Position numbers and translations under genes: made by a program
Shown here: positions 25,454 through 33,800 of the stretch, piece by piece
How the letters are laid out: every line of letters starts with the position of its first letter
How positions within the stretch are numbered: position 1 is the first letter of the stretch
Notes under the pieces: generated by a model
Database searches by the model: none
What the model was told of the DNA's origin: nothing
The model's input: the letters and a program-made list of their open reading frames with translations, nothing else
NCBI GenBank assembly: GCA_044221985.1
Contig: JBGAOG010000002.1
Span: 7,073-71,072 of the forward strand
Length of the DNA: 64,000 bases
Reading direction: 5' to 3'
DNA from: Phycisphaerales bacterium
Lineage (GTDB): Bacteria > Planctomycetota > Phycisphaerae > Phycisphaerales > UBA1924

Positions 25454-26947
25454 ATGGACTCCCTCCTGAACGCCATCGCCGCCTGGAAGCCCTTCACCGC
25501 CCTGGTGGTGGGGGACTACATGCTCGACCAGCACGTGTACGGAGATGCCGAGCGTCTCTCGGCCGACGCCCCCGTGCCCATCCTGCACGTGCGAAGGCGC
25601 GACGAGCGTCCGGGTGGGGCGGCCAACGTCTGCCTGGACCTGATCGCGCTCCGGGGCTCGGTACGGGCGCTGGGCGTCACCGGAGAGGACGAGCACGCCC
25701 GGCTTATGCGCGAGGCCCTGGCGCGGGAGGGCGTGGACGGCGCGGGCCTGGTGGGCGATGCGTCCCGCCCCACGACCGTGAAGCAGAACCTGGTAGGGCT
25801 GGCGCAGGCACGCCACCCCCAGAAGATGTTCCGAGTGGACTTTGAATCGCGCGAGCCGCTGGCGGACGTGGTCGCAGACCGGATCTTGGCCGCGTTCGAG
25901 CGGGCCCTGCCCGGGGCCGACGTGGTGTGCATCGAGGATTACAACAAGGGCGTGTGCACGGCGCACGTGTGCCAGGGGGTGATCCGGGCCGCCCGGCGCG
26001 CCGGCAAGCCCGTGTTCGTCGATCCGGCCAAGATCGGGGACTATTCGAAGTATCGGGGGGCGACGGCCATCACGCCCAATCGCCAGGAGGCGGAACTGGC
26101 CGCGGGAATGCGTACCGACGGGGACGCGTCTGTGGAGCACAACGCGCGCGTGGCCCGGAAGTTGCTCGAAGCGGTCGAGTTGGAGGCGGCGGTCCTGACG
26201 CTGGACAAGCACGGGGCGCTGCTCCTGGCTCGGGGCCATGAGCCGCTGGCCGTGCCCACCGTGGCGCGCGAGGTGTACGACGTGACGGGCGCGGGAGACA
26301 TGTTCCTGGCCGCCCTGGCCGCCGCGCGGGCCAACGGCATCGACTGGCACGACTCGGTGCGTTTCGCCAACGCGGCGGCGGGGCTGGAGGTGGAGGTGTT
26401 CGGCGTGCAGCCCATCCCGCTGGCGCGCGTGCACCACTCGCTGATGGTCCAGTCCAACCGCCTGGCGGGGAAGCTGCGCACCCGCGACCAGCTCCTGGTC
26501 GAGATCGAGGCGCAGCGCCGCCAGGGCAAGAAGATCGTCTTCACCAACGGGTGCTTCGACATCCTCCACGCCGGGCACGTCACGCTCCTGGACAAGGCGG
26601 CGGCGTTGGGCGACTTCCTCGTGGTGGCGATCAACGACGACGCGTCGGTGCGCGGGCTCAAGGGTCCGGGTCGTCCCGTGAACTGCCAGGACGATCGGGC
26701 CCGGGTGCTGGGCGCCCTGGCGAGCGTGGGGGCGGTGGTGTTCTTCGCCGAGGGCACGCCCATCGAGCTGATCAAGGCCGTGCGCCCGGACGTGCTGGTG
26801 AAGGGCGCGGACTACACGCGCGAGGCGGTGGTGGGGGGGAGCTTCGTGGAGGGGTACGGCGGGCGCGTGGCTCTGGTGGACCTGGTGCAGGGCAAGAGCA
26901 CGACCGCCACGATCCGCAGGATGCAGGGCGACGCGTCGCGGGGATAA
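25454..26947 (+). CDS. hldE: bifunctional D-beta-D-heptose 7-phosphate kinase / heptose 1-phosphate adenylyltransferase
   Basis: N-terminal PfkB kinase region (VVGDYMLDQ, GGAANV, DVTGAGD). C-terminal cytidylyltransferase region (FTNGCFDILHAGH). Confidence 0.93.
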   Translation: MDSLLNAIAAWKPFTALVVGDYMLDQHVYGDAERLSADAPVPILHVRRRDERPGGAANVCLDLIALRGSVRALGVTGEDEHARLMREALAREGVDGAGLVGDASRPTTVKQNLVGLAQARHPQKMFRVDFESREPLADVVADRILAAFERALPGADVVCIEDYNKGVCTAHVCQGVIRAARRAGKPVFVDPAKIGDYSKYRGATAITPNRQEAELAAGMRTDGDASVEHNARVARKLLEAVELEAAVLTLDKHGALLLARGHEPLAVPTVAREVYDVTGAGDMFLAALAAARANGIDWHDSVRFANAAAGLEVEVFGVQPIPLARVHHSLMVQSNRLAGKLRTRDQLLVEIEAQRRQGKKIVFTNGCFDILHAGHVTLLDKAAALGDFLVVAINDDASVRGLKGPGRPVNCQDDRARVLGALASVGAVVFFAEGTPIELIKAVRPDVLVKGADYTREAVVGGSFVEGYGGRVALVDLVQGKSTTATIRRMQGDASRG

Positions 26948-27065
26948 GCCCAGAGCCCCTCGCGCGGCTCGATCGTGAGCCAAAGCGGAACCGAGGCCGC
27001 CTCCGCCCTCCGAAACCAGGAATGCGCCCCTCGCACCGTCCGATGGAACCCCGCGGGAGGTTCAA

Positions 27066-27494
27066 GTGGATCACGTCGCCATCCTGCGCGGTGTGTACCT
27101 GCGTGCCATCATCGACGGGCGTAAGCGTGTCGAGGCGAGGCTGTCGCACGCGCGCCGCGCCCCTTTCGCCCGCGTCGCCACGGGAGATCGCGTGTTCCTG
27201 AAGCGGCGGGGCGGGGGCTTCGAGGCGGTTGCCCTCGTCGAACGCGTGCTCAGCGTCGAGGGCATGAGCCCCAGCGGCGTTCGCCGGCTCCAACGCCATT
27301 TCGGACCCCTCGTGCACGCCGACCGGGTGTTCTGGCGCTCCCGGCGTTCCTGCCGGTACGCCACACTCATCTGGCTCACGGATGTTCGTCCGGAGGGTCG
27401 CGGGCCGCCCTACCGCTCCTGGCCGGGGTACTCCCCGCGCGGCGGATGGCTGTGCGCCCCGCCCGAGAATCGCGCCGCCCGGAGGTCCGCGTGA
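27066..27494 (+). CDS. ASCH-domain protein (putative)
   Basis: Contains LRAIIDGRKRVEARL...GDRVFLK, an ASCH/PUA-like N-terminal pattern. GTG start. The assignment is tentative. Confidence 0.55.
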   Translation: MDHVAILRGVYLRAIIDGRKRVEARLSHARRAPFARVATGDRVFLKRRGGGFEAVALVERVLSVEGMSPSGVRRLQRHFGPLVHADRVFWRSRRSCRYATLIWLTDVRPEGRGPPYRSWPGYSPRGGWLCAPPENRAARRSA

Positions 27495-27495
27495 T

Positions 27496-28539
27496 CTACC
27501 ACGCGAGCACGATCTTCCCGAATTGCTCTCCCGATTCGAGGCGGGCGTAAGCGGCGGGCGCCTCGCGGGCCGGGTAGACCTTGTCGACCACCGGGACCAG
27601 GTCGCCCGCGCGGAACAAGGCCGCGACCTCGCGAAACTCGGCATTGCTCCCCATCGTGCTGCCCAGGATTCGCAATTGGTTCCAGAAGATGCGGGCCAGG
27701 TCGGTGGTCGCGTCGGGCCCGCTGGTGCAACCGGGCGTCACGTAGGTCCCGCCGCGTGCGAGGGACTTGATGCAGTTCAGGTGCGTGGCCTTGCCCGACG
27801 AGTCCACCGCCATGTCCACGCCGCGCTTGCGAGACCACGCGCGCACGTCCTTGGACCAGTCTTGCCCCACCTCCAGGATGCAGCACTCCGCCCCCAGCCC
27901 CCTGGCGCGGTCGAGCTTCCATGGGTGGCGGCTGGTGACGGCGACGGGGCAGCCCAGGTGCCTGGCGATGGCCAGGGCGCTGGTGGCCACGCCCCCCCCG
28001 ATGCCCGTGATCAGCACGCTTTGCCCCGGTCGCAGCGAGCCTTTGGTTACCATCATCGAGTAGGCCGTCAGGGCGCACAGCCCGAAGGCGGCGGCGGCGC
28101 TGGGGTCGGCGCCGGGGCCCACCAGAGCGATGTTGGCGACGGGGGCGTTGAAGCGCTCGCGGAACATCCCGTCGTGGTGCTCCCCCAGGAGCTCGTAGTT
28201 CGGCGACAGTGCGCCCCCGGGCGGATCGCCCGGGCGGTCGGGTTCGGGGAGTCGAATGGCGGCGTTGACGATGACCCGCGCGCCCCGCCACGCGTGGTCC
28301 ACCCCGGGGCCCACGTCCACGACCTCGCCGCAGGCGTCGCACCCGCTCACCCGGGGATAGTCGAGAGAGAGCCCGGGCACGCCGCGCCCCACCCACAGGT
28401 CCATCTGGTTGAATGCGCTGGCCAGCGTGCGGAGTTGCACTTCGCCGGGGCCCGGCGCGGGGCACTCGGGATGGTCCTCGCGGTACTCGACGTTGGGGGC
28501 GACGGGCGAACCCTGGCGCTGGACGACGACGGCTCTCAT
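27496..28539 (-). CDS. zinc-type alcohol dehydrogenase / quinone oxidoreductase family (MDR superfamily)
   Basis: Contains GEVQLR, YPRVSGCDACGEVV and the Rossmann segment VLITGIGGGVATSALAIA. Confidence 0.85.
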   Translation of the reverse strand: MRAVVVQRQGSPVAPNVEYREDHPECPAPGPGEVQLRTLASAFNQMDLWVGRGVPGLSLDYPRVSGCDACGEVVDVGPGVDHAWRGARVIVNAAIRLPEPDRPGDPPGGALSPNYELLGEHHDGMFRERFNAPVANIALVGPGADPSAAAAFGLCALTAYSMMVTKGSLRPGQSVLITGIGGGVATSALAIARHLGCPVAVTSRHPWKLDRARGLGAECCILEVGQDWSKDVRAWSRKRGVDMAVDSSGKATHLNCIKSLARGGTYVTPGCTSGPDATTDLARIFWNQLRILGSTMGSNAEFREVAALFRAGDLVPVVDKVYPAREAPAAYARLESGEQFGKIVLAW

Positions 28540-28565
28540 GACGCGAGGATAGCGGGTGACCGCAC

Positions 28566-28593
28566 AAAAAAACGCCCGCCGGTGGGGCGGGCG
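28566..28593 (-). terminator. intrinsic terminator downstream of rplS
   Basis: The minus strand reads CGCCCGCC-loop-GGCGGGCG followed by TTTTTTT, about 25 nt after the rplS stop. Confidence 0.6.
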
Positions 28594-28617
28594 CGGGGGT
28601 CAGCTTGGGGATTGGCC

Positions 28618-29061
28618 TCAGGCCTTCGCGTCGGGCTTGGGGGCCTTGTCGGCGGCCGGGGCTTCCTCGCCCACGACGGCCAGGCCGGTGACGTGCTTGA
28701 GCCCGCGGCGACGATCTCGCATGCGCCGGCTCTTGCCCGCGCGGTCGCGCAGGTAGTAGAGCTTGGCGCGGCGCGCGTCGGCCCGGCGCACGACCTCGAC
28801 CTTCGCCATGCGGGGGCTGGCGATGGGGAAGCAGCGCTCGATGCCCACCTCGTCCACGATGCGGCGGACCGTCATCATCTCGTTGATGCCCCGCCCGCTG
28901 CGGGCGATCAGCACGCCCTGGAAGATCTGAAGGCGCTCCTTGTCGCCCTCCACGATCTTGAAGTGCACGTTGACCGTGTCCCCGATGTCCACTTGGGGGA
29001 TCGACTTGAGGAAGGGCTTCTCGATCATCTCGAGGATCTGGGTCTGCGACATCTTCGCCAT
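28618..29061 (-). CDS. rplS: 50S ribosomal protein L19
   Basis: Contains IPQVDIGDTVNVHFKIVEGDKERLQIFQGVLIARSGRG...RRAKLYYLR. There is a short Ala/Lys-rich tail. Confidence 0.97.
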   Translation of the reverse strand: MAKMSQTQILEMIEKPFLKSIPQVDIGDTVNVHFKIVEGDKERLQIFQGVLIARSGRGINEMMTVRRIVDEVGIERCFPIASPRMAKVEVVRRADARRAKLYYLRDRAGKSRRMRDRRRGLKHVTGLAVVGEEAPAADKAPKPDAKA

Positions 29062-29177
29062 GGCTCACCTGCGATTGGTCGTCGTCACGAACCCGAACCA
29101 AACCCGACCCGGGCCCGCGACGATGGGCCGAGACGATAGGCACGCCGCTCCCGAGCGTAAAGGGGGCAACCAGCGCC

Positions 29178-29441
29178 TCATGGCTTGGCGAGCTTGGCCT
29201 TGACCTCGGCGTACCGGTTATTCAGGAGCGCCTGCTGGCGGCGCAGGGCGTCGAGGCGAGTCTGGGCGGCCTGACGCTCGGCGTTGGGACGGTTGACATC
29301 CGCCAGGATGCGTTGCTCCGTGGACATGCGATTCTGGACGATTCGCAGCTGCTCCTGGATGGCCTGGAGGTTGGCCATGCGCCGGGCCGGTCCCGAGAGG
29401 TCGAAGGCGGAGGTGGCCGCGATCGTCACAGGCCGCTGCAC
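29178..29441 (-). CDS. coiled-coil segment; probably the displaced C-terminus of the PDZ protein (frameshift), otherwise a separate small ORF
   Basis: High third-position GC and a protein-like coiled coil (MANLQAIQEQLRIVQNRMSTEQRILADV...LNNRYAEVKAKLAKP). It overlaps the junk-like tail of ORF 29218..30168 in another frame. Confidence 0.4.
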   Translation of the reverse strand: MQRPVTIAATSAFDLSGPARRMANLQAIQEQLRIVQNRMSTEQRILADVNRPNAERQAAQTRLDALRRQQALLNNRYAEVKAKLAKP

Positions 29442-30168
29442 GCCACCGGGGGCGATGGAAGCGGGCGTCGCGGCGGGCCCCGCGTCCGCAGCTTCGCGCG
29501 AGGCGGTCCTCGAAGGCGCCGCGGAGGATGGCGGGTTGGCCGCGCCCGAGGTCGCCCCGCTGCCCGCCGGGGGAGATCTGGTCGAGCGCCCGCAGGCTTC
29601 CCAGGGTGACGCGGGCGAGCAGGGGCTCGCCGTCGCGGAAGATCCGCAGGGTGAGGCGTTCGCCGGGATCGTGCGACTGGATGGCCCGCTTGCCGTCGTC
29701 GATGCTCAGCACGCGCTGCCCGTCGATGGAGTAGATCACGTCGCCCGGGCGCAGGACGCGGTGGGCGTCGAAGCCCTCGTAGGTCGCGTCGATCACGGTG
29801 CCCGAAGCGGGCCCGTCGGCGAGACGCTGCTGGAAACGGATGCCCAGGGCGCCGCGCGGCGTGGATGAGAACTTCTCGAATCCCACGCGCTCCAGTCGCA
29901 GGCGCTGCTCGGGCGATAGGTCGGGCGTCAGAAGCGCGGCCTCGATGTCGCGGAGTCCGACGCGATCGCTGGCTCCCAGGGCGACGGACGCGCTGGCTCG
30001 CTCCAGCACGGAATCCGATCCGAGCAGGCGGAGCGACTCGGCGATGGACACGTCGGTGCGGAGGTTGCCCGGGGGCGGCCAGGCCAGGGCGGCCGCGCTC
30101 CAGGCCAGGACCGCCGCGACGCCGACGCGTCGCCAGGTGCCGCCGATGGTGTGCGCCCGCGTGCTCAC
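29218..30168 (-). CDS. secreted PDZ-domain protein (3' end doubtful, apparent frameshift near 29.5 kb)
   Basis: GTG start and signal peptide (VGVAAVLAWSAAALA). PDZ-like core (GALGIRFQ...GTVIDATYEGFDAHRVLRPGDVIYSIDGQRV). The last ~90 codons are Arg/Pro-rich and look non-coding. Confidence 0.6.
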   Translation of the reverse strand: MSTRAHTIGGTWRRVGVAAVLAWSAAALAWPPPGNLRTDVSIAESLRLLGSDSVLERASASVALGASDRVGLRDIEAALLTPDLSPEQRLRLERVGFEKFSSTPRGALGIRFQQRLADGPASGTVIDATYEGFDAHRVLRPGDVIYSIDGQRVLSIDDGKRAIQSHDPGERLTLRIFRDGEPLLARVTLGSLRALDQISPGGQRGDLGRGQPAILRGAFEDRLARSCGRGARRDARFHRPRWRAAACDDRGHLRLRPLGTGPAHGQPPGHPGAAANRPESHVHGATHPGGCQPSQRRASGRPDSPRRPAPPAGAPE

Positions 30169-30215
30169 TGCTGTGCCCCGCTGCCGCCGCGACCACGCCG
30201 CGCCGGCCCCGAAGT

Positions 30216-31106
30216 CTATTCCACGTTCTGGGCCTGCTCCTTGATGCGGTCGATAGCTCCCTTGACCTCGACGGCGGCGCGGGAGATGGCCGCGTCGGGG
30301 CTCTTGCTGGCGATGGTGTTGGTCTCGCGGAGCATTTCCTGGGCCAGGAAATCAAGGGTCCGCCCGACGGGGCGGGCATCGTCGGCACCCAGGAGGTCGC
30401 GGAACTGGTCGAGGTGCCCGCCGAGGCGCTTGATCTCCTCCGCGATGTCCGTTTTCTCGGCGTAGACGGCGATCTCGCGGATCAGGTCCACCTGCGAGAT
30501 GCTGATCTGGCTGCCCCCGAGCAGGGCCTCGATCCTCGCCTTGAGCCGGGTCTCGTACTCGGCAATCACGCCCGGGGCCAGGGATATGAGACGCTCGAGT
30601 CGCTGGGCGATGTACCCGCGGTGTCCTTCGAGATCCGCCTGCAGGGCCACACCCTCGCGGTCGCGCATGTGGACCAGCCCGTCGAGGGCCTTGCGCAGGA
30701 GCGGCATGAATGCTCCCCGCGCCTGCTCGAATCGATCCTCCTCGTTGCTGGGGGGCTGGAGGACGCCCGGCAGGGACAGCAGCGTGGCCATGTCCACCGT
30801 CGGCTGCACGCCCGGGACGCTGGGCATGGCCTTGATCTGCTCCAGGTACCGGTTCAGGGCGTGGGCATTGATGGTGAAGGCAGCACCCGCGGACGCGTCC
30901 GCGCAACGCGCGTTGAGCGTCACCGTCCCGCGCGTGAGCCGCTCACGCAGGACCTGCTCCATCTCGGCCTCGAGCCCTTGGAATTCCTCGGGGAGGCGGA
31001 TGGTGGCCTTGAAGTACTTGCTGTTGAGGGATCGGACCTCGACGTAGAAGTGCGCCCCGTTGCGTTGGGCCGACGCCTCGCCATATCCGGTCATGCTTCG
31101 GATCAC
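30216..31106 (-). CDS. yicC: YicC family stress-induced protein / endoribonuclease
   Basis: Begins MIRSMTGYGEA; also contains SLNSKYF and the C-terminus DFLAQEMLRETNTIASKS...IKEQAQNVE. Confidence 0.9.
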   Translation of the reverse strand: MIRSMTGYGEASAQRNGAHFYVEVRSLNSKYFKATIRLPEEFQGLEAEMEQVLRERLTRGTVTLNARCADASAGAAFTINAHALNRYLEQIKAMPSVPGVQPTVDMATLLSLPGVLQPPSNEEDRFEQARGAFMPLLRKALDGLVHMRDREGVALQADLEGHRGYIAQRLERLISLAPGVIAEYETRLKARIEALLGGSQISISQVDLIREIAVYAEKTDIAEEIKRLGGHLDQFRDLLGADDARPVGRTLDFLAQEMLRETNTIASKSPDAAISRAAVEVKGAIDRIKEQAQNVE

Positions 31107-31115
31107 GCCGAGCTC

Positions 31116-31637
31116 CTAGGGGTTGGAACTGGGCGTCGCGGGCGGCGTTGCCGCCGGAGCCGGATTGGTCGGGGCTGGCGCCGGGGGCGTCGCCGCCGGG
31201 GGCTGGGGGCCGGTCGGAACGGTGTCGGGCAACGGCGCGGGCGGTTGGCTCGCGGGCGGTTCAGCCGGAGCGGCGGGTTGGGCGGCTCCTCCGGCTGGCT
31301 GCGTGCCGGCCGGGGTCGGCGCTGGCAGGCCCTTTCCGGGCGCTGACACTGCGGGCACTGCGGGTCCCGCCTTGTCGGCCTTGGTGGCGTAGGTCAGGCT
31401 CCCGGCCACGACCAGGTAGGCCAGGAAAACGCCGATGGTCAGCACCGTCAGCGCGTCGCCGGTCTTGGTACCAAACGCGGTCTGGCCCGAGCCCGACGAC
31501 CCGCCGAATGCCGCCGCCAAGCCGCCCCCCTGGGGGCGCTGCACCAGGATCACGAGGATCATCAGGGCGCAAACGAGCAGGAACAGGACCATCAGGATCC
31601 CGACTACCACCGGCTTCCATTCGGCGAGCACCAGCAT
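31116..31637 (-). CDS. secG: preprotein translocase subunit SecG with long Pro/Ala-rich C-terminal extension
   Basis: Contains ILVILVQRPQGGGLAAAFGGSSGSGQTAFGTKTGDALT, the SecG signature, followed by ~90 aa of P/A-rich tail. The start is taken at MLVLAEW (31637). Confidence 0.8.
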   Translation of the reverse strand: MLVLAEWKPVVVGILMVLFLLVCALMILVILVQRPQGGGLAAAFGGSSGSGQTAFGTKTGDALTVLTIGVFLAYLVVAGSLTYATKADKAGPAVPAVSAPGKGLPAPTPAGTQPAGGAAQPAAPAEPPASQPPAPLPDTVPTGPQPPAATPPAPAPTNPAPAATPPATPSSNP

Positions 31638-31747
31638 CGACAACTCCCTGCAGGAACGGGCGGTCAATCGCCCGTTTGAGCCGGGAGTCTAGGAGTCCAG
31701 TTGTTCGTTGTCCGGTGGGGTTCGCGGGATGTGCGGGAGTCGCGGGG

Positions 31748-32899
31748 TCAGTGCCCGCCACCCCCACCCGACGGCGGCTTCTTCTGGGCCTTCTTCGGGT
31801 CCTTCTTGGGGTCCTTCTTTGAGGACTTGGCCGGGGGCTTCTTGGCGTCCTTCTTGGGCGCAGCCTTGGCGTCGTGTGTGCCGCCCCCCGGGGCTTCATG
31901 GGCCGCGTCGGGTACGCTCGACTCCTCCGCGTGGTGGACGATCGGCGGGGGTGTGCCGTGCTCGAAGTCGAACGCCTCGACGCCGACCTGGTCCTGGGGG
32001 GCCGGGCGGAAGAGGACGATTCCCCAGGTCATCGTGGCGCACGCGGCGGTGGCGATCGCGATGACGCTCAGGGCCTTGTGGGCGTGGATTCCGTGCGAAT
32101 CCAGGGGCTTGCACGCGGCCGCGCACCCCTGCAAAGCCAGCGTGTTGATCGGCGCGAGCCAGCGCCGGAGCTTGGCCCGGAGAGGTTCACTGGGGATCTG
32201 CGGGGTGACGGAAGCCGCGGCGGGCACGGGCGGCTCGCCGGCGGGTGGACCGGAGGCCTGGGGCGCATGCTCGCCCTCGGGCGTCGGGCCTGGCGGCGCG
32301 GATCGCGTGCTCGGCGCGCTGGTGGGGGAAGGGGCCTTGGCCGGGGCTGCGGCGGCGTCGGGCGCGGGCGCTGTCTGGGTTGGCCCAGATGGCGCGGGCT
32401 GGGGTGCGGTTGACGGCGCGGCGGTGGCGGGCTTCGCGGCGTCGGGCGCGCCGAGCATCTGGTCGGTCAGCTTGGAGATGTGCTCGTCGAGTGACTTGAT
32501 GCTCTCGGGGGAGGGCGCGGAGCCCTGATCAAGCCGGGCGGCCGCGTCGTGGAGCAGCTTGTCGACCTGCTCGATGGTCTGCTCCGGCGCGGGGGCATCG
32601 GCGACCAGGGCCGCGACTGCCGGCATCGAGGTCGCGAAGGGCTCTGGCGGTTGCGGCGGGTTTGGGCTCGCCGGTGCGGGCGCAGCGGACGATGCCGGGG
32701 CTGCCGCGGCTGCCTGCTGGGCGATCACCTCGGCACTGGGCATGGGCGAGTCGGAGGCGGCGCGTTCGATGGCGGCTCCCGTGGACTCGATTTCCCCGAG
32801 GAGCTCGTCCACGGTGTCGGAGAGATCCATCGTGGGCGCAGGGGCCGGCACGGTCGGCGATGGAGTGGCGGGGGAGGTGGTCATCGATGCGGCGCGCAC
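31748..32899 (-). CDS. hypothetical Pro/Ala-rich membrane protein with Lys-rich C-terminal tail
   Basis: A long ORF with one TM helix (ALSVIAIATAACATMTWGIVLF) and the tail KKDAKKPPAKSSKKDPKKDPKKAQKK. It is low-complexity, and the start is uncertain. Confidence 0.45.
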   Translation of the reverse strand: MRAASMTTSPATPSPTVPAPAPTMDLSDTVDELLGEIESTGAAIERAASDSPMPSAEVIAQQAAAAAPASSAAPAPASPNPPQPPEPFATSMPAVAALVADAPAPEQTIEQVDKLLHDAAARLDQGSAPSPESIKSLDEHISKLTDQMLGAPDAAKPATAAPSTAPQPAPSGPTQTAPAPDAAAAPAKAPSPTSAPSTRSAPPGPTPEGEHAPQASGPPAGEPPVPAAASVTPQIPSEPLRAKLRRWLAPINTLALQGCAAACKPLDSHGIHAHKALSVIAIATAACATMTWGIVLFRPAPQDQVGVEAFDFEHGTPPPIVHHAEESSVPDAAHEAPGGGTHDAKAAPKKDAKKPPAKSSKKDPKKDPKKAQKKPPSGGGGGH

Positions 32900-33021
32900 G
32901 TTCCGCCGTGGCGCACAGAACCTGAATCGGACGTTGCCGGGGGAGACTGGAGGCGCGGGGGCCGGGGCGTGCCCGATATCGGACCCGGCCAGCGCTTCCC
33001 GGCCCGCTAGGCTTCGCGTCG

Positions 33022-33738
33022 ATGGGCCTGCACCGCATCTTCTCCGACGAGACCCTGCCGGCGCCGGGGGGCGAGGTGTCCATCCTGGGCGACGAGGCCC
33101 AGCACGCCTTGCGCGTCAAGCGGATCGAGGTCGGCGAGCCGGTGGAGGTCCTCGACGGGCGGGGGCACGTGGCCTCGGGGATCGTGACGGTCGCCTCGAA
33201 GGACCGTCGCAGCGGGCTGTGGCAGTTGCGGGCGAGGATCGACCGAATCGTCAGCGTGGCGCCCACGTCGCCGCGGGTGGAGGTCTGGAGCGCCGTGCCC
33301 AAGGGTGATCGCCTCGAGGACATGATCGACCAGCTCTCGCAGGTGGGCGTGGCCGGCTGGGGTCCGCTCGATTGCGAGCGAGGGGTCGTGGCGCCGCGAG
33401 AGGGGAAGCTGTCGCGACTTCAGCGCCGGGCGCGCGAGGCCGGCAAGCAGAGCGGGCGGGCCTGGGCCTTGGAAATTGGCGCGGCGCGGGGCCTTGCCGA
33501 CGTGCTGCAGGGAAGTGGGCGGGTGGTGGTGGCGGACGCGTCGGGCAATGCGTATGCGAGTTCGGCCCACGCGGAGATTCGGCTCCTCGTGGGGCCAGAG
33601 GGCGGCTTTGACGAGCGGGAGCTCGCCCGGGCCCGCGCTGCCGGCGCCGTGATCGCGTCGTTCGGGCCCCACTGCATGCGGATCGAGACGGCCGCGGTGG
33701 TCGCCGCCGGCGTGATCCTGGACGCGCATCGCCGCTAG
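33022..33738 (+). CDS. rsmE: 16S rRNA (uracil1498-N3)-methyltransferase
   Basis: Contains HRIFSDE...EAQHALRVKRIEVGEPVEVLDGRG, KGDRLEDMIDQLSQVGV and LLVGPEGGFDERE...RIETAAV. Confidence 0.9.
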   Translation: MGLHRIFSDETLPAPGGEVSILGDEAQHALRVKRIEVGEPVEVLDGRGHVASGIVTVASKDRRSGLWQLRARIDRIVSVAPTSPRVEVWSAVPKGDRLEDMIDQLSQVGVAGWGPLDCERGVVAPREGKLSRLQRRAREAGKQSGRAWALEIGAARGLADVLQGSGRVVVADASGNAYASSAHAEIRLLVGPEGGFDERELARARAAGAVIASFGPHCMRIETAAVVAAGVILDAHRR

Positions 33739-33800
33739 CCTCACCGACCACGCGCTCGACGGGCCACTATCCTCCTGGCAGAAGCACGATGGAGGTCTCC

